Assembly: GCA_030390025.1 (NCBI GenBank)
Contig: CM059445.1
Coordinates: 43,834,001-43,898,000, forward strand
Source of the DNA: Squalus acanthias
Taxonomy: Eukaryota
Length of the DNA: 64,000 nucleotides
Direction of reading: 5' to 3'
Of this stretch, positions 59,900-64,000 are shown in pieces; positions within the stretch are counted from its first letter, which is position 1, and every line of letters starts with the position of its first letter. Under the pieces are notes generated by a model. The model searched no databases and was not told where the DNA came from. It saw only the letters and a list, made by a program, of their open reading frames with translations. The position numbers were made by a program, and so were the translations under genes.

Positions 59900-60620
59900 T
59901 GCAGAGAGTGAGGAAAGCCAGGTTTATTGACCAGGTACTAGAAATCCTAGGGGAAGGAGTCAGGAGGAAGGACACACTTTATGGGACAAAAAGGCTTGCA
60001 TCCAGAAGCACCTGGTGCTGCAGGGGGGAGGTGGCAGAAGGATGAATGCAGTGGCTAAGGCCCACAGAGGCGGCAAGACATAAGAACAGAGGTGTTGCGC
60101 TAACGCCCGTGTGTCCTGATTAGCCGCTGAAGAAATCTGTCAAGATTAGCCAACAATACAACAATCATCTGTCACAAGTACACATGCCAGAAGATCCTCT
60201 CCGCTAACAGTATAACCCTTTAATGCTGAAAATCTGTGACTACCTTATCTGGATGCAGTACTGTTATAATAGAACCAAGGCAAGGAATGCTTTGTTTGAA
60301 CAGGGACACAGGATTTATGATAGTTACAACTAACAATGCATATGCCTTCACACAAAGACTATGCATCCTCACTTTTTGTGCTATGCCCCTGAATCTACAC
60401 CGCTATAAGACACGGTCACTGTTATGCACTTCCAATAATACTGTTTGTCTTGCAGGTCAAGAAGGCCTTTGATCGCCGCAAACAAACCCATACTGGAGGT
60501 GGCTTGAAGCAATTTCAGTCACTGTCTCCTTTTGAAGAGGTCACCCTTGAAATGATTGGCCTTGCCAGCATCCAGAGAATTCCGGAGGCTTCTTCTGAGT
60601 TCAGGGCTAGTACCATAAGG
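59900..60620 (+). pseudogene. Second, more decayed Harbinger Myb/SANT gene remnant
   Basis: RVRKARFIDQVLEILGEGVRR..EVAE..NAVA (exon 1-like). Acceptor tgtcttgcAG at 60455, then VKKAFDRRKQTHTGGGLKQFQSLSPFEEVTLEMIG with the TGGG motif typical of this family. Confidence 0.65.
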
Positions 60621-60899
60621 TTCATGCTAAATAATGTTGTCTTACTAAGTGACTGTCACACAGCCACACACTCAGCTTAAGTAGCAGCACACAGAGTAGG
60701 CTTGCAAATTTGTGCTTAAAGGCGGCTATTTGAGACAGTATTTTGACATTTTGTTCTTTTCTGCTTGCTTAGGAGTGGAACAATTGGGTGCCACATCCCT
60801 GAGTTAGTCATCACCTTACAGCATCCTATGTCACTATCACCACCTCTGCCAAGCACCAGCATAGCTACACAAACCCCAGGAGATGTACTCTGTGAGGTT

Positions 60900-63800
60900 C
60901 ATAAGAACATAAGAAATAGGAGCAGGAGTAGGCCATTTGGTCCCTCGAGCCTGCTCCGCCATTCAATAAGATCGTGGCTGATCTTCTACCTCATCTCCAC
61001 TTTCCTGCACTATCCCCATATCCCTTGATTCCCTTAATATCCAAAAATCTATCAATCTCTGTCTTGAATATACTCAATGACTGAGCCTCCACAGCCCTCT
61101 GGGGTAGAGAATTCCAAAGATTCACCACCCTCTGAGTGAAGAAATTTCTCCTCATCTCAGTCCTAAATGGCTGACCCCTTATTCTGAGACTGTGACCCCT
61201 GGATCTAGACTCCCCAGCCAGGAGAAACATCCTCCCTGCCTCTACCCTGTCAAGCCCTGTAAGAATTTTGTATGTTTCAATGAGATCACCTCTCATTCTT
61301 CTAAACTCGAGAGAATATGGGCCTAGTCTACTCAGTCTCTCCTCATAGGACAATCCCCCCATTCCAGGAATCAGTCTGGTGAACCTTCGTTGCACTCCCT
61401 CTATGGCAAGTATATCCTTCCTTCGGTAAGGAGACCAAAACTGTACACAATACTCCAGGCGTGGTCTCACCAGGGCCCTATATAATTACAGTAAGACATC
61501 TTTACTCATATACTCAAATCCTCTTGTAATAAAGGCCAACATATCATTTGCTTTCCTAAATGCTTGCTGTACCTGCATGCTAACTTTCAGTGATTTGTAT
61601 ACAAGGACACCCAGGTCCCTCTGAACACCAACATTTCCTAATCTACCACCATTTAAAAAATACACTGCTTTTCTATTTTTCCTGTCAAAGTGGATAAATT
61701 CACATTTCTCCACATTATATTCCATTTGCCATGTTCTTGCCCACTCACTTCGCTTGTCTGTATCCCCTTGAAGCCTCTTTGCATCCTGCTCACAACTTAC
61801 ATTCTCACCCAGCTTTGTATCATCAGCAAACTTGGATATATTACATCTGGTCCCCTCATCCAAATCATCGATATAGATTGTGACTAGCTGAGGCCCAAGC
61901 ACTGATCCTTGCGGTACCCCACTAGTTACAGTCTGCCAACCCAAAAATGACCTGTTTATTCCTACTCTCCGTTTTCTGTCCATTAACCAATCCTCAATCC
62001 ATGCTAGTATATTACAGTACCTTTAATCCCATGAGCCCTAATTTTGTTTAATAACCTCTTGTGTGGCACCTTATCGAATGCCTTCTGAAAATCCAAATAC
62101 ACCACATCCACTGGTTCCCCCTTATCTGTTCTGCTAGTTACAATCTCAAAAAACTCTAACAGATTCGTCAAACACGATTTCCCTTTCATAAATCCGTGTT
62201 GACTCTGCCCAAGCCTATTAGTATTTTCTAAATGCCCTGTTACAAAGTCCTTAATAATAGATTCTAGCATTTTCCTGACTACTGATGTCAGGCTAACTGG
62301 TCTGTAGTTCCCCGTTTTCTCTCTCCCTCCTTTCTTAAATAGTGGGGTTACATTTGCTACCTTCCAATCCTCGGGAATCGTTGTAGAATCTATGGAATTT
62401 TGGAAAATGACAACCAATGCATCCACTATCTCTATAGCCACCTCTTTCAAAACCCTAGGATGTAGGCCATCAGGTCCAGGGGATTTATCGGCTTTCAGTC
62501 CCATTAATTTATCCAGTACTATTTTTTTTTTTTACTAATGCTGATTTCTTTCAGTTCCTCATTCTCGCTGGAGCCTTGTTCCTGCACTATTTCCCGGAAG
62601 TTTTTTGCGTCTTCTTCCGTGAAGTCAGACACAAGGGGGGGAATTTTGCCAGCCCTGGGGAGGTGGGTATGGAGGCGGGACTGCCGGGAAAATGGCAGAA
62701 ACTGGGAGCGGGTACCGAACCCGCTCCCAACCCGCCTCCATGCCATCTTCCCGGGAGGCGGGTCCCCGACTCACGCAGGGACCCGTCTCCTCGAGGCGGG
62801 AAGGGGATTAGAGCCAATTAACTGCCTGTTAATAGGTAGTTAACAGGAAGTTAAGAGGCTTATCCCCATTTTATCCCTGCAAGTGTGGGCTTCCCGATGG
62901 CTGCGAACCTTGCCAGGGTCAGCGAGGCGCGCAGTGGGTCTGCGGGGGTGAGGGGGGTCGAAAAGTCCGCTGTGGAGGTGAGTGATGGGTGCAAGTGTGG
63001 AGAGGTAAGTATGGGATGTGAGTGTAAAGTGTTAGAAAAAGTTTACTTACCTTTGCTTCTTCCTGCAGGCTTCAACCCTTGGGGAACTGGAGGTGCCTCA
63101 TCTCAATGGCAGAGATGACAGAATGGCTGCTGCATTCTCAGATGCAGCAGCCATCTGATTTCTGCTGAGGAAAGACGTTTTGGTGAGTCTTTGTGCAAGG
63201 GCTCACCTTAGAACAGAGATTGTCAGTGTTTGACAAGTTTTCAAAGCTGTCAAGCGCTGACAATTCATCTGTCAAAAATTCTCGACAGATGAAACGTCAT
63301 ACGCTGATATCCTCTGTCACCGGCTTTCCCTTAATTGGCCGGCTAAGCCCGCAGGGCGGGCTTAACAAGGTCAATCAAGGGAAAATAGCGTGGGTTGGCC
63401 GGACATCGTTGTGGGCGGGACTGAAACCCGACAACCAGCAGTCCCGCCCCCAATGCGAAAATCCAGCCCAAAGTATTTGTTTAATTTCTCTGCCATTTCC
63501 TTATTCCCAATTATAATTTCTCCTGTCTTAGCCTGTAAGGGACCCACATTTACATTTGCTAATCTTTTCCTTTTTACATACCTATAGAAGCTTTTACAGT
63601 CTGATTTGTTTGTCTCTCGCTAGTTTACTGTCATATTCTATTTTCCCTTTCTTTATCAATTTCTTGATCCTCCTTTGCTAAATTCTAAAATCCTCCTAAT
63701 CCTCAGGCTTACTATTCTTTTTGGCAACATTATAAGCCTTTTCCTTTGATCTAATACTATCTTTAACTTCTCTTGTTAGCCACGGTTGGACCACTTTTCC

Positions 63801-64000
63801 TGTGGGTTTTTTGTGCCTTAAAGGAATGTATATTTGTTGTAAATTATGTATTAATTCTTTAAATGCTAGCCATTGCTTCTCTACTGTCATACCTTCTAAT
63901 GTAGTTTCCCAATCTACCTTAGCCAACTCGCTCCTCATACCTACGTAGTTTGCTGTGTTTAGATTTAAGACCCCAGTTTCGGATTTAACTAACTCACTTT
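60900..64000 (-). mobile_element. Long CR1 LINE ORF2 (RT domain), frameshifted, split by a MITE, continuing beyond the window
   Basis: ORF pieces 63696-63938, 62004-62504 (KSPGPDG, NYRPVSLTS, YLDFQKAFDKVPH), 61486-61983 (SGVPQGSVLGP, FADDTKL) and 60991-61470; tail (TTCTTATG)n at ~60900. Confidence 0.96.
62635..63468 (+). mobile_element. Harbinger-like non-autonomous element inserted in CR1 ORF2
   Basis: Ends GGGGGGGAATTTTG / GAAAATCCAGCC; TSD CAA at 62632-62634 and 63469-63471. Removing it restores CR1 sequence CAGACACAAAGTATTTG. Confidence 0.85.

Noticed and set aside
55646-64000. IGSF9B transmembrane exon
   Set aside because: No matching hydrophobic exon with splice sites found on the minus strand; it probably lies beyond the window.
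60900-64000. Active CR1 element
   Set aside because: ORF2 is broken by frameshifts/stops and an 834-bp MITE insertion.
1-64000. CRISPR arrays, operons, prokaryotic defence systems, rRNA
   Set aside because: The window is spliceosomal-intron vertebrate DNA; no regularly spaced repeats or bacterial gene structure seen.

Overview
Vertebrate genomic DNA, almost certainly a cartilaginous fish (shark): it carries HE1-type V-SINE, SacSINE1-type DeuSINE, CR1/HER1-type LINEs and Penelope-like elements. There are no prokaryotic features. The only host gene is the 3' end of IGSF9B (protein turtle homolog B) on the minus strand. Four coding exons are present (55598-55643, 53116-54792, 28489-28610, 19684-19910), all GT-AG and phase-compatible, encoding the cytoplasmic tail that ends in the PDZ-type motif QATLL*. 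A possibly very long 3'UTR follows toward lower coordinates. The rest is intron/UTR/intergenic DNA with layered transposons: CR1 and L2 LINE fragments, several SINE families, many PIF/Harbinger-like non-autonomous elements, two decayed Harbinger Myb/SANT genes and a young Tc1/mariner MITE. Most notable are (1) two Penelope-like insertions, each with an exact 13-bp TSD and a minimal hammerhead ribozyme, one a 235-bp hairpin+ribozyme unit; (2) a ~1-kb fold-back with ~210-bp arms built around CR1 sequence, downstream of the IGSF9B stop; (3) Harbinger-like MITEs carrying CTCF-like motifs, CCAAT/GC boxes and splice donors. Repeat family names come from recalled consensus motifs, not from a database search. 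I found no clearly new biological system; the candidates are variants of known element classes.
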